A DNA stretch of 38,685 nt, filler included, from an uncultured virus (IMG/VR IMGVR_UViG_2061766007_001950) (Duplodnaviria > Heunggongvirae > Uroviricota > Caudoviricetes). It is 6 parts of one record of this genome, joined end to end, with 100 filler letters (N's around TTAATTAATTAA, not from the genome) between each part and the next. Parts side by side here need not be neighbours in the genome. Positions count along the whole stretch, not along the records: positions 7,477 to 9,543 come from IMGVR_UViG_2061766007_001950; positions 9,644 to 12,020 come from IMGVR_UViG_2061766007_001950; positions 12,121 to 28,776 come from IMGVR_UViG_2061766007_001950; 3 more parts are not named here. One strand, 5' to 3'. Both the position numbers and the translations under genes were made by a program. Below, piece by piece: positions 8,474-19,604 of the stretch. The stretch's first letter is position 1; each line of letters starts with the position of its first letter. Under the pieces are notes generated by a model. That model saw only the letters and a program-made list of their open reading frames with translations, was not told the DNA's origin and made no database searches.

Positions 8474-8746
8474 NNNNNNNNNNATTCTTGGTCTTCTCAT
8501 GATGCCTTGAGTAGTGGACAGCAAAGGCGACGCCCGGAAAAGCGGCAGCCACGTCAGCCGGGCTTACCCATTCATCCGGGTTTTCACTGTGGTCGTTGTC
8601 GCAGTCGACCGGCANNNNNNNNNNATCATTATTGCGATAGCTGTTCTGGTATTCTGCACATACGTAATCGTGGCAGACGGCCTCCCTGAGAGAGGCCTGA
8701 TCTGTCACGTCGTGCTTGTGAGGGTAGGAGCAGTTANNNNNNNNNN

Positions 8747-9020
8747 TACCTACAGCCGGGACGTGGTCAGCTGCAATATCCTCGAGGTCGAAGCCGGTAC
8801 CACGGGATACATGGGCGGTGATACCGGACACGGCGGACGCACTTACTTCCGCATTGAAGACACCGGTGGAACAGATATCCAGATTCACCCTCTCGGGCGC
8901 TATGCCGATGAAGGCTTCGAAGTATTCCTCGGCGGTGACTGCGAGCTCGAAACCATCATCCGGGCACTGAAGTTCATCACAAAGGTGCTGGAGGAAGAAT
9001 CCAAGGAGGTGTACGACTGA
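8747..9020 (+). CDS. Phage hypothetical protein upstream of primase, C-terminal part
   Basis: GGDTGHGGRTYF...GGDCELETII; TGATG overlap with the primase start. Confidence 0.6.
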
Positions 9021-9543
9021 TGTTTACCCTCTACAGCGCAGATATCATAGGCAGTCCAAGTAACTGCTCCTACCCTCACAAGCACGACGTGACAGATCAG
9101 GCCTCTCTCAAGGAGGCCGTCTGCCACGATTACGTATGTGCAGAATACCGGAACAGCTATCGCAATAATGACAACTTCATCGGAAGCGACTGCCTGCCGG
9201 TCGACTGCGACAACGACCACAGTGAAAACCCGGATGAATGGGTACGCCCCGCTGATGTGGCTGTCGCTTTTCCGGGCGTCGCCTTTGCTGTCCACTACTC
9301 AAGGCATCATGAGANNNNNNNNNNACCGGTCGACTGCGACAACGACCACAGTGAGAACCCGGATGAATGGGTACACCCGGCTGACGTGGCTGCTGCTTTT
9401 CCGGGTGTCGCCTTTGCCATCCACTACTCAAGGCATCATGAGAAGTCCAAGAACGGTAAAGCACCGAGGCCGAAGTTCCATGTGTTCTTCCCTATCGAAA
9501 GGATCACCGACGCAACGGAATACAGCAACCTGAAAAGGCTGGT
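9020..9543 (+). CDS. Phage primase N-terminus (fragments)
   Basis: SDCLPVDCDNDHSENP, HYSRHH, PRPKFHVFFPI: primase-polymerase-type motifs. Confidence 0.75.
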
Positions 9544-9644
9544 NNNNNNNNNNNNNNNNNNNNNNNNNNNNNNNNNNNNNNNNNNNNTTAATTAATTAAN
9601 NNNNNNNNNNNNNNNNNNNNNNNNNNNNNNNNNNNNNNNNNNNC

Positions 9645-9809
9645 CGGACAGTCGACGGATCAAGCTTCAAGTGCGACATTCAAGTCAGCGAGGACAGGCG
9701 CTATGACGCGAATACGATCCGCGCTGAGTATAGCCTCTCTGTCACACGTGTTGATCCGGAGGAACCGGACGGTCTGACTTATGCCGAATGGATATCTGGG
9801 GAGGTCTGA
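9645..9809 (+). CDS. Phage tail-region protein, C-terminal fragment
   Basis: Open frame RTVDGSSFKCDIQVSE...WISGEV* ending just before the next tail gene. Confidence 0.45.
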   Translation, partial: RTVDGSSFKCDIQVSEDRRYDANTIRAEYSLSVTRVDPEEPDGLTYAEWISGEV

Positions 9810-9813
9810 TCTT

Positions 9814-10818
9814 ATGAAATGGAATAATGGTTATAGCGCAAGCTACTATGCATACATCATCGATCCAGTCAGCTGGAGAGAAAAAGAAAGAATCGAAATC
9901 ACAGGAGGCAGCATTAGCAGGTCGGAGGAAGGCCTGCGAGAATCTGCCGATATCGAGTGCAAGGCATACGAGCACGGAAAAGAACAATACATACGCGTCT
10001 ACCTCGATGCGCGTCAGAACGGAGCGGCTTCTCATGAGCCGCTTTTTACTGGCCTTGCCACAAGTCCATCAAGGGATATTGACGGGTATTTCGAGAAGAA
10101 TACGCTGGAATGCTACTCCGTCTTAAAGGCTGCCGATGACGTGCTCCTTGACCGGGGATATTACGTCCCGGCAGGTACAGACGGCGCAGCTGCGGTGAAG
10201 GATCTGCTCTCTGTCTCCCCGGCTCCTATTTTTGTGAACGGAAGCGCTCCGGGCATCCAGAAATCGATCATCGCCGAGGACGGTGAAAGCCGCCTCTCAA
10301 TGGCAGAAAAAGTCCTCGCGGTGATCGGCTGGCGGATGCGCATATCCGGGAACGGCACCATTGAAATCTGCCCGGAGGCGACTGTGCAGCTGGCTGAGTT
10401 TGATCCTATCGAGCAAGACGTCATCGAGCCATCTATCACAGTCGACTATGACTGGTATTCCTGCCCTAACGTCTTCAGGGCAGTACAGGATGACCTGTCA
10501 GCAGTGGCGAGGGATGACTCCCCGGAAAGCCCTCTGTCCACGGTAAACCGTGGCCGGGAGGTATGGGCGGAGGAATCCTCCTGTGACTTTAATACCGGCG
10601 AGAGCATCTCGGAATATGCCCTGCGAAGGCTCAAGGAGCTTCAAAGCATTTCTGTAACTGCTTCTTATGAAAGACGCTACCATCCGGATGTTCTGGTCGG
10701 TGATGTAATCAGGCTCCGTTATCCAAAGCAAGGCCTTGATGGGCTATTTCAGGTCACATCCCAGACAGTCGAGCTTGGGTACGGAGCAAAAACGAGCGAG
10801 GAGGTCAAGAAGGTATGA
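9814..10818 (+). CDS. Phage minor tail / baseplate hub-like protein
   Basis: GGAGG RBS before ATG 9814; YHPDVLVGDVIRL..GLFQVTSQTVEL C-terminus typical of tail hub proteins; position in tail module. Confidence 0.55.
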   Translation: MKWNNGYSASYYAYIIDPVSWREKERIEITGGSISRSEEGLRESADIECKAYEHGKEQYIRVYLDARQNGAASHEPLFTGLATSPSRDIDGYFEKNTLECYSVLKAADDVLLDRGYYVPAGTDGAAAVKDLLSVSPAPIFVNGSAPGIQKSIIAEDGESRLSMAEKVLAVIGWRMRISGNGTIEICPEATVQLAEFDPIEQDVIEPSITVDYDWYSCPNVFRAVQDDLSAVARDDSPESPLSTVNRGREVWAEESSCDFNTGESISEYALRRLKELQSISVTASYERRYHPDVLVGDVIRLRYPKQGLDGLFQVTSQTVELGYGAKTSEEVKKV

Positions 10819-12020
10819 GCAAAAGCATGAGCAAGGAAATGGTCAGGCTCATCGGTTCAGCAAATAAGAAAGGTACCTCGCCCTATGATACGCAGGCAGA
10901 AGTTGTACGTGTNNNNNNNNNNAGGAAACACTGCATGGGTGCATATCCCGGGCGGTGTTGATGAGACCCCTGTCAGGATGACCATGAATGCCAGTCCCGG
11001 TGACATGGTACAGGTCAGGGTGAGCGGCGGCAGAGCTTGGCTTACCGGAAACGCCTCCTCCCCTCCGACGGATAACACGGAGGCTTACAAGGCAAGGGAT
11101 ACCGCTTTCGAGGCTGTGAGAATCGCAGAAACCTCCGAGAAGGAAGCCGAGCGAGCCAAGGAAGCTGCGGACAGTGCGGAAAGCTCTGCCAAGCGAGCAC
11201 ACGATAAAGCCGAAGAAGCAACTGCCTCCGCGCAACAGGCGCATGACAAAGCTGTGGAAGCTGAAGAAGCTGCGGAGGATGCAGCCAGTTCAGCAAGGAC
11301 TGCAAACAGAGCTGCAAACGGTGCCCTCTCCCAGCTTTCCGTAGTGGAGGATGTGGTCGGCACCCTGACGTGGATATCTGAGCATGGAAGCTACGCACCT
11401 ACAGATGATCTTGAGGTTGTGCCCGGCAAATATTACTTCACAAGGCAAGGCGACAGCTACAATGTCGTGGTAAGCCCACAAGGAAATCCCTCCGATCAGG
11501 ACTACTATGAGCTGACCTCTGTGGACGAGGCCGTATCAAACTATGTGGCGAGCCATCTGGCGCTGACGAATGCCGGACTGTGGGTGACCAACGATAACCA
11601 GAGCTACAAGATCCTGCTCGCAGCTGACGGCATGAAGGTCTATGACGCGCAAGGGAATCTGGTGGCAACCTTCGGTGAATCGATCCAGTTTTCATCCACC
11701 CGGCCACAATATATCGGCGGCGAGGATGCCTACATCATTTTTTACGACAGCAACAATGATGGAATCCCGGATGCGATCAATATTGGCGGCAGCAAGGTTA
11801 CTCTCGGACAGAACAAGAAGTTGTCAGATCTTCTGACAACTCTGGACATCCATACGAGGCAGACGGATTCCGGTGCCGAGATCACGGTTGGAGACCAGAC
11901 TGTTTCGCTGAAAGATGGAATCGATGCAGCCGTGCTCCGGATCGACTCTTCTCGGGGTACGGTCTTTAAAAATAACTCTGTAAACACGGTGCTGTCGGTA
12001 GCTGTATATATAGGCGGCCA
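10815..12020 (+). CDS. Phage tail protein with Ala/Glu-rich coiled coil, partial (C-terminus at 15142-15625)
   Basis: ATGA overlap with upstream gene; AEEAAEDAASSA-type coil; 3' end duplicated in 15142-15625. Confidence 0.6.
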
Positions 12021-12120
12021 NNNNNNNNNNNNNNNNNNNNNNNNNNNNNNNNNNNNNNNNNNNNTTAATTAATTAANNNNNNNNNNNNNNNNNNNNNNNN
12101 NNNNNNNNNNNNNNNNNNNN

Positions 12121-12385
12121 AGGTAATCCGGGCGTTGATGCAATCCTGATCTCCATCACGGCCAGCAACGGTAATATCTTCAAGAACAACTCCGGCAGCA
12201 CCATCCTGACGGCGCACGTGTATAAGGCCGGAGCCGAGGTAACCGGAAGTGCGCTTACTGCTCTTGGCACGATCAAGTGGTACAAGGACGGCGGCAGCAC
12301 TGCTGTTGGAACCGGAACGACGCTGACAGTCAACGCGTCGGATGTAGCGAGCAAGGCGGTGTATGAAGCAAGACTGGAGGGATAA
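12121..12385 (+). CDS. C-terminal allelic copy of the collagen-like tail protein (see 15637-16695)
   Basis: GNPGVDAILISITASNG...VYEARLEG*, near-identical to 16431-16695. Confidence 0.7.
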
Positions 12386-12387
12386 GT

Positions 12388-14076
12388 ATGGCGATCAAAG
12401 CAAGAGAAACGATCACGATTATAAAGGAACGTGACGTCAACGCCACATGGCGTTTCTACCGCATCGCTTCATCCTCCTCCACTCCCTCGCAACCAACTGA
12501 GGCTCAGGGAAAAGCCTATGTGAACAGCCAGACCGTTCCTTCCGGCTGGAGCATCTCAGAGCCTGCCTATGACGGGACTTCAACAAACAGCCTGTATACC
12601 TGCGACCTCACCTCTTTCACTGATGGCGAGGTCAGCTGGTCTACGGTTTCCAAGTCCTCTTCTTATGAGGCGGCGAAACTGGCTTACAACGAGGCACAGA
12701 ACGCCAAGAAGACAGCGACAAATTACCTATCTGCTGACGCTTCGGGAATTATGGTAGCGGATCAAAGAAACGGTATGGAAACTCCAAGTACAGCAACAAC
12801 AAGGAATGTTTTTATTGATTCTGACTCAGTAGATATACGGAATGGAAGAACTACACTCGCAACATTCGGAACAGAGGTATCTATCAGATCAGAAACAGGT
12901 ACAGAACTGGCGCATTTTGGATATGCAGAAACAAATAGAGAATCATCAACAGCTAATGCTCCTTATTACACACTCGGCTATAGGAATAACGCCTACCTTG
13001 ATTATGTGTCAACAAGAACATATGACATTGGTGATAAAGTTAAATACGAAGGCGAATTTTATGTCTGCATTGAAGAAATAAATGAGCCGGAAAACTGGAC
13101 AAGCGCTCACTGGCTAAAAATTTTAACACCAAAGATAGGATCATATTCTATGGCAGAAGGATATGACACTATGGCAATAAGAATGGGTGACCATGCGGAA
13201 GGACGGGATACTTTTGCCCAAGGGAGCTATGCGCACGCAGAAGGTTACGGCACAGTGGCAGCCACTGAATCAACAAATAGTATGTTGGCAGCACACGCGG
13301 AAGGAATACAGACTGTTGCAAATGCAACCTGCGCTCATGCAGAAGGCGATTACACTCGTGCATCTGGCTATGCATCACATGCCGGAGGATATCATACTGT
13401 TGCCGATAAAAGCTATCAAACTGCAGTTGGAAAGTACAATACTAAGGGAAACACAGGAAGCCTCTTTGTTGTGGGTAATGGTAGTTCTGCGCAACGCTCT
13501 AACGCTTTCGCGGTCTATGATGATGGGCATATCATAGCTCCATTTTTCGCAGGATTCATCCAAATGTTTGCCGGTGCAACAGCGCCAACTGGATGGCTAC
13601 TATGTAACGGTGCAGCGATATCTCGAACAACTTATGCCAGACTGTTTGCTGTAATCGGAACTACATACGGAGCTGGTGACGGGAGTACGACATTTAACCT
13701 TCCAGACTTCAGAGACCGTTTTCCGGTAGGAGCAGGAAGCTCATATGCACTTAATGCAAAAGGCGGCGCAAACACAGTCACTTTAACTACGAACCAAATC
13801 CCGGCTCATACTCATGGGAAATCTGGTGCTGTCACAAATGGCATCACTGGTGGTTCACACACCCACAGTATGAAAAGTATATGGTCAGATGGCTCCGGTT
13901 CAAACTCTGCTTATATGATGACAAGTAACAGGAAGCAAACGACAAGATCTACTGATTCGCAAACGCATACACATAACCTTCCGGCTCATGAACATACCAG
14001 TGTCGGAGGCGGAGCAGCGCATGAGAACAGGCCGCCATATATCGGAATCAATTTCATTATCTGCACCGGACAATGA
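12388..14076 (+). CDS. Tail fibre protein, allele A (562 aa)
   Basis: Tail-collar motif AGFIQMFAG..PTGWLLCNG..GDGSTTFNLPD, HxH repeats at the tip, central (A/S)HAEG repeats and a CBM5/12-like YDIGDKVKYEGEFYVC segment. Confidence 0.85.
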   Translation: MAIKARETITIIKERDVNATWRFYRIASSSSTPSQPTEAQGKAYVNSQTVPSGWSISEPAYDGTSTNSLYTCDLTSFTDGEVSWSTVSKSSSYEAAKLAYNEAQNAKKTATNYLSADASGIMVADQRNGMETPSTATTRNVFIDSDSVDIRNGRTTLATFGTEVSIRSETGTELAHFGYAETNRESSTANAPYYTLGYRNNAYLDYVSTRTYDIGDKVKYEGEFYVCIEEINEPENWTSAHWLKILTPKIGSYSMAEGYDTMAIRMGDHAEGRDTFAQGSYAHAEGYGTVAATESTNSMLAAHAEGIQTVANATCAHAEGDYTRASGYASHAGGYHTVADKSYQTAVGKYNTKGNTGSLFVVGNGSSAQRSNAFAVYDDGHIIAPFFAGFIQMFAGATAPTGWLLCNGAAISRTTYARLFAVIGTTYGAGDGSTTFNLPDFRDRFPVGAGSSYALNAKGGANTVTLTTNQIPAHTHGKSGAVTNGITGGSHTHSMKSIWSDGSGSNSAYMMTSNRKQTTRSTDSQTHTHNLPAHEHTSVGGGAAHENRPPYIGINFIICTGQ

Positions 14077-15141
14077 TAAGGAGGATGGAAAATTGAACTG
14101 CATAATTGCTTTACTCGCAGGAGTCNNNNNNNNNNNNNNNNNNNNNNNNNNNNNNNNNNNNNNNNNNNNNNNNNNNNNNNNNNNNNNNNNNNNNNNNNNN
14201 NNNNNNNNNNNNNNNNNNNNNNNNNNNNNNNNNNNNNNNNNNNNNNNNNNNNNNNNNNNNNNNNNNNNNNNNNNNNNNNNNNNNNNNNNNNNNNNNNNNN
14301 NNNNNNNNNNNNNNNNNNNNNNNNNNNNNNNNNNNNNNNNNNNNNNNNNNNNNNNNNNNNNNNNNNNNNNNNNNNNNNNTCGGAAAGGATGGTGATCAGT
14401 AATGGGGTATTCAAACAGCAAAATGGTAGTNNNNNNNNNNTTCCGGGCAGCGAACACATACTATCGACCGCATCACGCCTCACTGTGTCGTCGGCCAGTG
14501 TACGGCAGAAGGCCTCGGAGACTGGTTTGCCAAGTCCTCGACGCAGGCATCCAGCAACTATGGCATTGACAAGGATGGCCGTGTCGGTCTATACGTCGAG
14601 GAGAAAAACCGCTCGTGGTGCTCCTCCAGCAATGCCAATGACCAGAGGGCGATCACCATCGAGTGCGCNNNNNNNNNNGTCAACACAGGCCTCCAGCAAT
14701 TACGGCATCGATAAGGATGGCCGTGTCGGGCTTTACGTTGAGGAGAAGAACCGTTCATGGTGCTCCTCCTCTAATGCCAATGACCAAAGAGCTGTGACGA
14801 TCGAGTGCGCTTCCGATACCAAGGAGCCGTACACGATGAACAGNNNNNNNNNNTTTCTTGTAGACTACCATTTTGCTGTTTGAATACCCCATTACTGATC
14901 ACCATCCTTTCCGGCACGGTCATGAAGCTGTTCCAGAACAGTCTTAAGCTGCTCCGGGATCGGAAGTCCGAGGTGACCGGCATTCTCCAAAAGGCTGACA
15001 CCTTCATTGGAAAGATAGAAGAAGATAACGGCTGTGCGTAGGATTCCGACCTGTCCGATCACCTGTACATCGATGATGTTTGCAATGCCGACGAGTAAAA
15101 AAATGAGCACCTTTCTGCAGATGCCCTTGAANNNNNNNNNN

Positions 15142-15625
15142 CTATGACAGCAACAATGATGGAATCCCGGATGCGATCAATATCGGCGGCAGCAAGGTCA
15201 CCCTCGGACAGAACAAGAAGCTGTCAGATCTTCTGACAACATTGGATATCCATACAAGACAGACAGATTCCGGTGCCGAGATCACAGTTGGAGATCAGAC
15301 CGTTTCGCTGAAAGATGGAATTGATGCAGCCGTGCTCCGGATCGACTCTTCCCGGGGTACGGTCTTTAAGAATAACTCTGTAAACACGGTGCTGTCGGTA
15401 GCTGTATATATCGGTGGCCAGCGGATCACAAACATTACTGATCTAAGGAATACATTTGGAGCTTCTGCTCACCTTCAGTGGTACTGGCAGAGGCTCGGCG
15501 ATGACAGCTTTTTCATTATCGTTGACAGTGATCATAAGCTGTCAAATGACGGCTTCACCCTGACGCTGACGCCGGAGGAAGTCGATACCAAAGTAACATT
15601 CATGTGTGAATTAATTACAGATTAG
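15142..15625 (+). CDS. C-terminus of the coiled-coil tail protein (allele of 10815-12020)
   Basis: Overlaps 11743-12020 in sequence and continues to KVTFMCELITD*. Confidence 0.65.
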
Positions 15626-15636
15626 GAGGAAGCATA

Positions 15637-16695
15637 ATGGCAATCAAATCTTCAGATCAAATCACAGTCGTCGACCTTACCGATGGCTATTCCGTCAACC
15701 TGACAAATGACTCATTCACTTTTGCCGGAGACAAGGACGGAAAAATTGCAACCCAGCAGAGCACCACCACAGTCATTCAAGCGCTGCGCGGTGATGAGGA
15801 GCCGACCATCTCCGTCGATAACTCCCAGATCACCAAGCCTTCCGGTGTAACGACCAGCTGGAATGCAAACACAAAGACGCTCACGATTACAGTATCCACA
15901 AGCGTAGCATCTGGCGGCGTCGTGACGATTCCGGTTGTACTTGATGGCTCTGTTACGATCAACAAGGTCTTCTCCTTCGCTATCGCAAAAACAGGAGCAA
16001 CTGGCGAGACTGGAGCTACAGGACGTGGAATTTCATCTACAACAATTGAATATCAGGTTGGATCTTCCGGCACCACTGTCCCGACAGGCACATGGAGCAG
16101 CTCCCCTGTTGCCACAACTGCACAAGGACAGTTCCTTTGGACGAGGACAACGATCCACTACACGTCCGGCTCTGATTCTGTCAGCTACTCGGTCGCAGCC
16201 CACGGCTCCACCGGTGGACAAGGTGCAACCGGTCGCGGAATCTCCTCCACCGTAGTGGAATATCAGGTAGGCACCTCCGGAACCTCTGCGCCGACCGGCA
16301 CTTGGAGCACGTCGCCTGTGGCAACAACTGCACAGGGACAGTATCTCTGGACGAGAACAACGATCCACTATACTTCCGGCTCCGACTCGATCAGCTACTC
16401 TGTTGCAGCACATGGCAAACAGGGAACTCAGGGTAATCCGGGCGTTGATGCGATCCTGATCTCCATCACGGCCAGCAATGGTAACATCTTCAAGAACAAC
16501 TCCGGGAGCACGATCCTGACAGCTCATGTGTATAAGGCCGGAGCGGAGGTTACCGGCTCTGCACTCACTGCCCTTGGTACCATCAAGTGGTACAAGGATG
16601 GAGGCAGCAGCGCTGTTGGCACTGGAACGACTTTGACAGTAAATGCATCTGACGTAGCGAGCAAGGCGGTGTATGAGGCAAGATTGGAGGGATAG
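15637..16695 (+). CDS. Phage tail protein with collagen-like G-X-Y segments and a 70-aa tandem repeat
   Basis: GATGETGATGRG; two copies of GRGISST..EYQVG.SGT..PTGTWS..GQ(F/Y)LWTRTTIHYT with a 210-nt period (16021, 16231). Confidence 0.75.
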   Translation: MAIKSSDQITVVDLTDGYSVNLTNDSFTFAGDKDGKIATQQSTTTVIQALRGDEEPTISVDNSQITKPSGVTTSWNANTKTLTITVSTSVASGGVVTIPVVLDGSVTINKVFSFAIAKTGATGETGATGRGISSTTIEYQVGSSGTTVPTGTWSSSPVATTAQGQFLWTRTTIHYTSGSDSVSYSVAAHGSTGGQGATGRGISSTVVEYQVGTSGTSAPTGTWSTSPVATTAQGQYLWTRTTIHYTSGSDSISYSVAAHGKQGTQGNPGVDAILISITASNGNIFKNNSGSTILTAHVYKAGAEVTGSALTALGTIKWYKDGGSSAVGTGTTLTVNASDVASKAVYEARLEG

Positions 16696-16697
16696 GC

Positions 16698-18146
16698 ATG
16701 GCGATTAAAGCAAGGGAAACGATCACGATCATCAAGGAGCGTGACGTCAATGCCACATGGCGCTTCTACCGCATCGCCTCATCCTCCTCCACTCCCTCAC
16801 AGCCAACAGAGGCTCAGGGAAAAGCCTATGTGAACAACCAGACTATACCATCCGGGTGGAGCATATCAGAGCCTGCCTATGACGGGACTTCAACAAATAG
16901 CCTGTATACCTGCGACCTTACTTCTTTTACAGATGGCGAGGTCAGCTGGTCTACAGTATCGAAGTCCTCATCCTACGAGGCGGCAAAGCAGGCCTATAAC
17001 GAGGCGCAGCTTGCGAAAAGGACGGCAACAAATTATCTTGCAGACCTGAATAACGGAGTGTATGTACATGCGAGTGGAACACCAGCTGATCCGACAAATG
17101 CTAATGCGAAGGGAGTGAAGATTACGGATGTGGTGGATATCATAAGAGCCGGTGAATCTGTAGGTCAATTTGGAGAAAATATCAGACTCGGAAAGCAAGA
17201 CGATATTCACTTCCAAATTGCTGATAGCGTATTCGGGTATTACGTCGATGATGTTCCTGTGTCAACTCTCAATTGCAGTTATGAGCTGGATGAGGATGAT
17301 GAGGTCGGCACTAAAAACATGGAACTTAAAGTGGTCAGTCCTATATTCAGCAATACAGACAAAGCAAAGGCATCTCTAATATTACACTACGACTATGGCT
17401 CCGGCAGTGCTCACCCAACATATGCTCGGTTATTTGTTCAGAATCTTGATTCTCAGCAAGGAAACATGGCGTATGTTGAGGTGACTGAGTCGCAGGCAGA
17501 TTCAGATGTTGTTCTTTATTCCGAAGGCACAACATTCAGACTGCATGGTCATGACGGCTTTGGTGCCTTAAAAGGGAATCTTTTAGTAGAGGGCAATGCA
17601 GGGATGATTCAAATGTATGCAGGCCAATATGCTCCAAAGGGATGGCTTTTCTGTGATGGATCAGCAATAGGAAGAGAAGCATATGCGAAACTGTTTTCTG
17701 TGATTGGAACCACTTACGGTGCGGGTGACGGAAGCACAACATTTAATCTGCCAGATTTCAGAGACCGCTTTCCTGTCGGCGCAGGAACTACATATGCCCG
17801 AAACTCAAAGGGCGGAGCTGCTTCAGTAACGCTGACGACAAACACGATCCCTGCACATACGCATGGAAAGTCCGGTGCTATCTCAGGTGGTATCACCTCA
17901 TCCGGTGCTCATACCCACACCTTCAAAACGCAGGCTGACTATGCTGCAAAAGGCACTAAGAAAGGTATCTATTCGGAAAGTGACGGGACATGGTCGGGAA
18001 CGTCGGTTATGACATCAACTGGTGCACATACCCATAACCTTCCTGCTCACGAGCATACCAGTGTCGGCGGTGGTCAGGCGCATGAGAACAGGCCGCCATA
18101 CATCGGTATCAACTTTATCATTTGTACAGGAAAACTATATTATTAG
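16698..18146 (+). CDS. Tail fibre protein, allele B (482 aa)
   Basis: First 114 aa and collar domain homologous to allele A; unrelated central region. Confidence 0.85.
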   Translation: MAIKARETITIIKERDVNATWRFYRIASSSSTPSQPTEAQGKAYVNNQTIPSGWSISEPAYDGTSTNSLYTCDLTSFTDGEVSWSTVSKSSSYEAAKQAYNEAQLAKRTATNYLADLNNGVYVHASGTPADPTNANAKGVKITDVVDIIRAGESVGQFGENIRLGKQDDIHFQIADSVFGYYVDDVPVSTLNCSYELDEDDEVGTKNMELKVVSPIFSNTDKAKASLILHYDYGSGSAHPTYARLFVQNLDSQQGNMAYVEVTESQADSDVVLYSEGTTFRLHGHDGFGALKGNLLVEGNAGMIQMYAGQYAPKGWLFCDGSAIGREAYAKLFSVIGTTYGAGDGSTTFNLPDFRDRFPVGAGTTYARNSKGGAASVTLTTNTIPAHTHGKSGAISGGITSSGAHTHTFKTQADYAAKGTKKGIYSESDGTWSGTSVMTSTGAHTHNLPAHEHTSVGGGQAHENRPPYIGINFIICTGKLYY

Positions 18147-18158
18147 GAGGATATCACC

Positions 18159-18355
18159 GTGAACTGCATAATCGCTTTACTCGCAGGAGTCTGCCTCGGC
18201 ATTCCGCTGGGCTGGGCTCTCTTATTTTGCCTTGTTACAAAAGACATCTGGCCGAAAGAGCCAAAGTCAAAAGATGAATGGAAAGTCATNNNNNNNNNNT
18301 GGGCGACATCTGGCCGAAAGAGCCACCTACAAAAGATGAATGGAAAGTCATGTAA
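18159..18355 (+). CDS. Small membrane protein upstream of holin (two allelic pieces)
   Basis: MNCIIALLAGVCLGIPLGWALLFCLV hydrophobic segment; the same start follows allele A at about 14093. Confidence 0.5.
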
Positions 18356-18369
18356 AGGAGGAATTTGCT

Positions 18370-19248
18370 ATGAAGGAATTTTGGTTGATGATTCAGGCCG
18401 TGTTTACAGGACTCGGCGGCTGGATCGGTTACTACTTGGGAGGATGTGATGGTCTATTGTATGCACTTATCGCTTTTGTTACAGTTGATTACCTGACTGG
18501 CGTCATGTGTGCAATAGCCGACAAAAAGCTGTCAAGCAACGTAGGATTTAAGGGCATCTGCAGAAAGGTGCTCATTTTTTTACTCGTCGGCATTGCCAAN
18601 NNNNNNNNNCGTTATAGTCGATTACCTGACTGGCGTCATGTGTGCAATAGCCGACAAGAAGCTGTCGAGCAACGTGGGATTCAAGGGCATCTGCAGAAAG
18701 GTGCTTATTTTTTTACTTGTCGGCATTGCCAACATCATCGATGTGCAAGTGATCGGGCAAGAGGGAATCCTGCGCACAGCCGTTATCTTCTTTTATCTCT
18801 CCAATGAAGGTGTGAGCCTTCTGGANNNNNNNNNNAATCGGGCAGGTCGGAATCCTGCGTACAGCCGTTATCTTCTTTTATCTTTCCAATGAAGGTGTGA
18901 GCCTTCTTGAAAACGCCGGTCACCTCGGACTGCCAATTCCAGAANNNNNNNNNNCGTGAGCCTTCTGGAGAACGCCGGTCACCTCGGACTGCCGATCCCG
19001 GAGCAGCTTAAGACTGTTTTGGAGCAGCTCCATGACCGTGCCGGAAAGGATGGTGAACAATAATGGGATNNNNNNNNNNGATCGGGCAGGTCGGAATCCT
19101 GCGCACAGCTGTTATCTTCTTTTATCTCTCCAATGAAGGTGTGAGCCTTCTGGAAAATGCCGGTCATCTCGGATTGCCTATCCCTGAGCAGCTGAAGAGC
19201 GTTCTTGAGCAGCTTCATGACCGTGCTGGAAAGGATGGTGATCAGTAA
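18370..19248 (+). CDS. Phage holin (toxin secretion/phage lysis holin family), several overlapping allelic fragments
   Basis: VDYLTGV, LSSNVGFKGICRK, FYLSNEGVSLLENAG.LGLPIP; reverse-oriented copy at 14892-15131. Confidence 0.85.
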
Positions 19249-19604
19249 TGGGGTATACAAACAGCAAACTGGTCGTCTGCAAAAAGCTCTCTCCGAATCA
19301 CTCCGGAAAGAGAACCCATGCAATCGACCGCATTACACCCCACTGTGTNNNNNNNNNNTCCAGAGCAGCTTAAGACTGTTCTGGAACAGCTCCATGACCG
19401 TGCCGGAAAGGATGGTGATCAGTAATGGGATATACAAACAGCAAGCTGGTTGTCTACAAGAAGTTCTCCCCGAATCACTCCGGAAAGAGAACCCATGCCA
19501 TCGACCGCATTACACCCCACTGTGTCGTNNNNNNNNNNCCCGGAGCAGCTTAAGACTGTTCTGGAGCAGCTCCATGACCGTGCCGGAAAGGATGGTGAGC
19601 AGTA

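Noticed and set aside
7477..8736. Invertible segments/shufflon (reverse-oriented primase pieces; also holin at 14854-15131)
   Set aside because: Every inversion boundary coincides with an N gap and no inverted recombination sites are visible; best explained by scaffolding orientation.
12388..18146. Diversity-generating retroelement acting on the tail fibre
   Set aside because: No reverse transcriptase in the window, and the differences are whole-segment replacements rather than adenine-specific substitutions.
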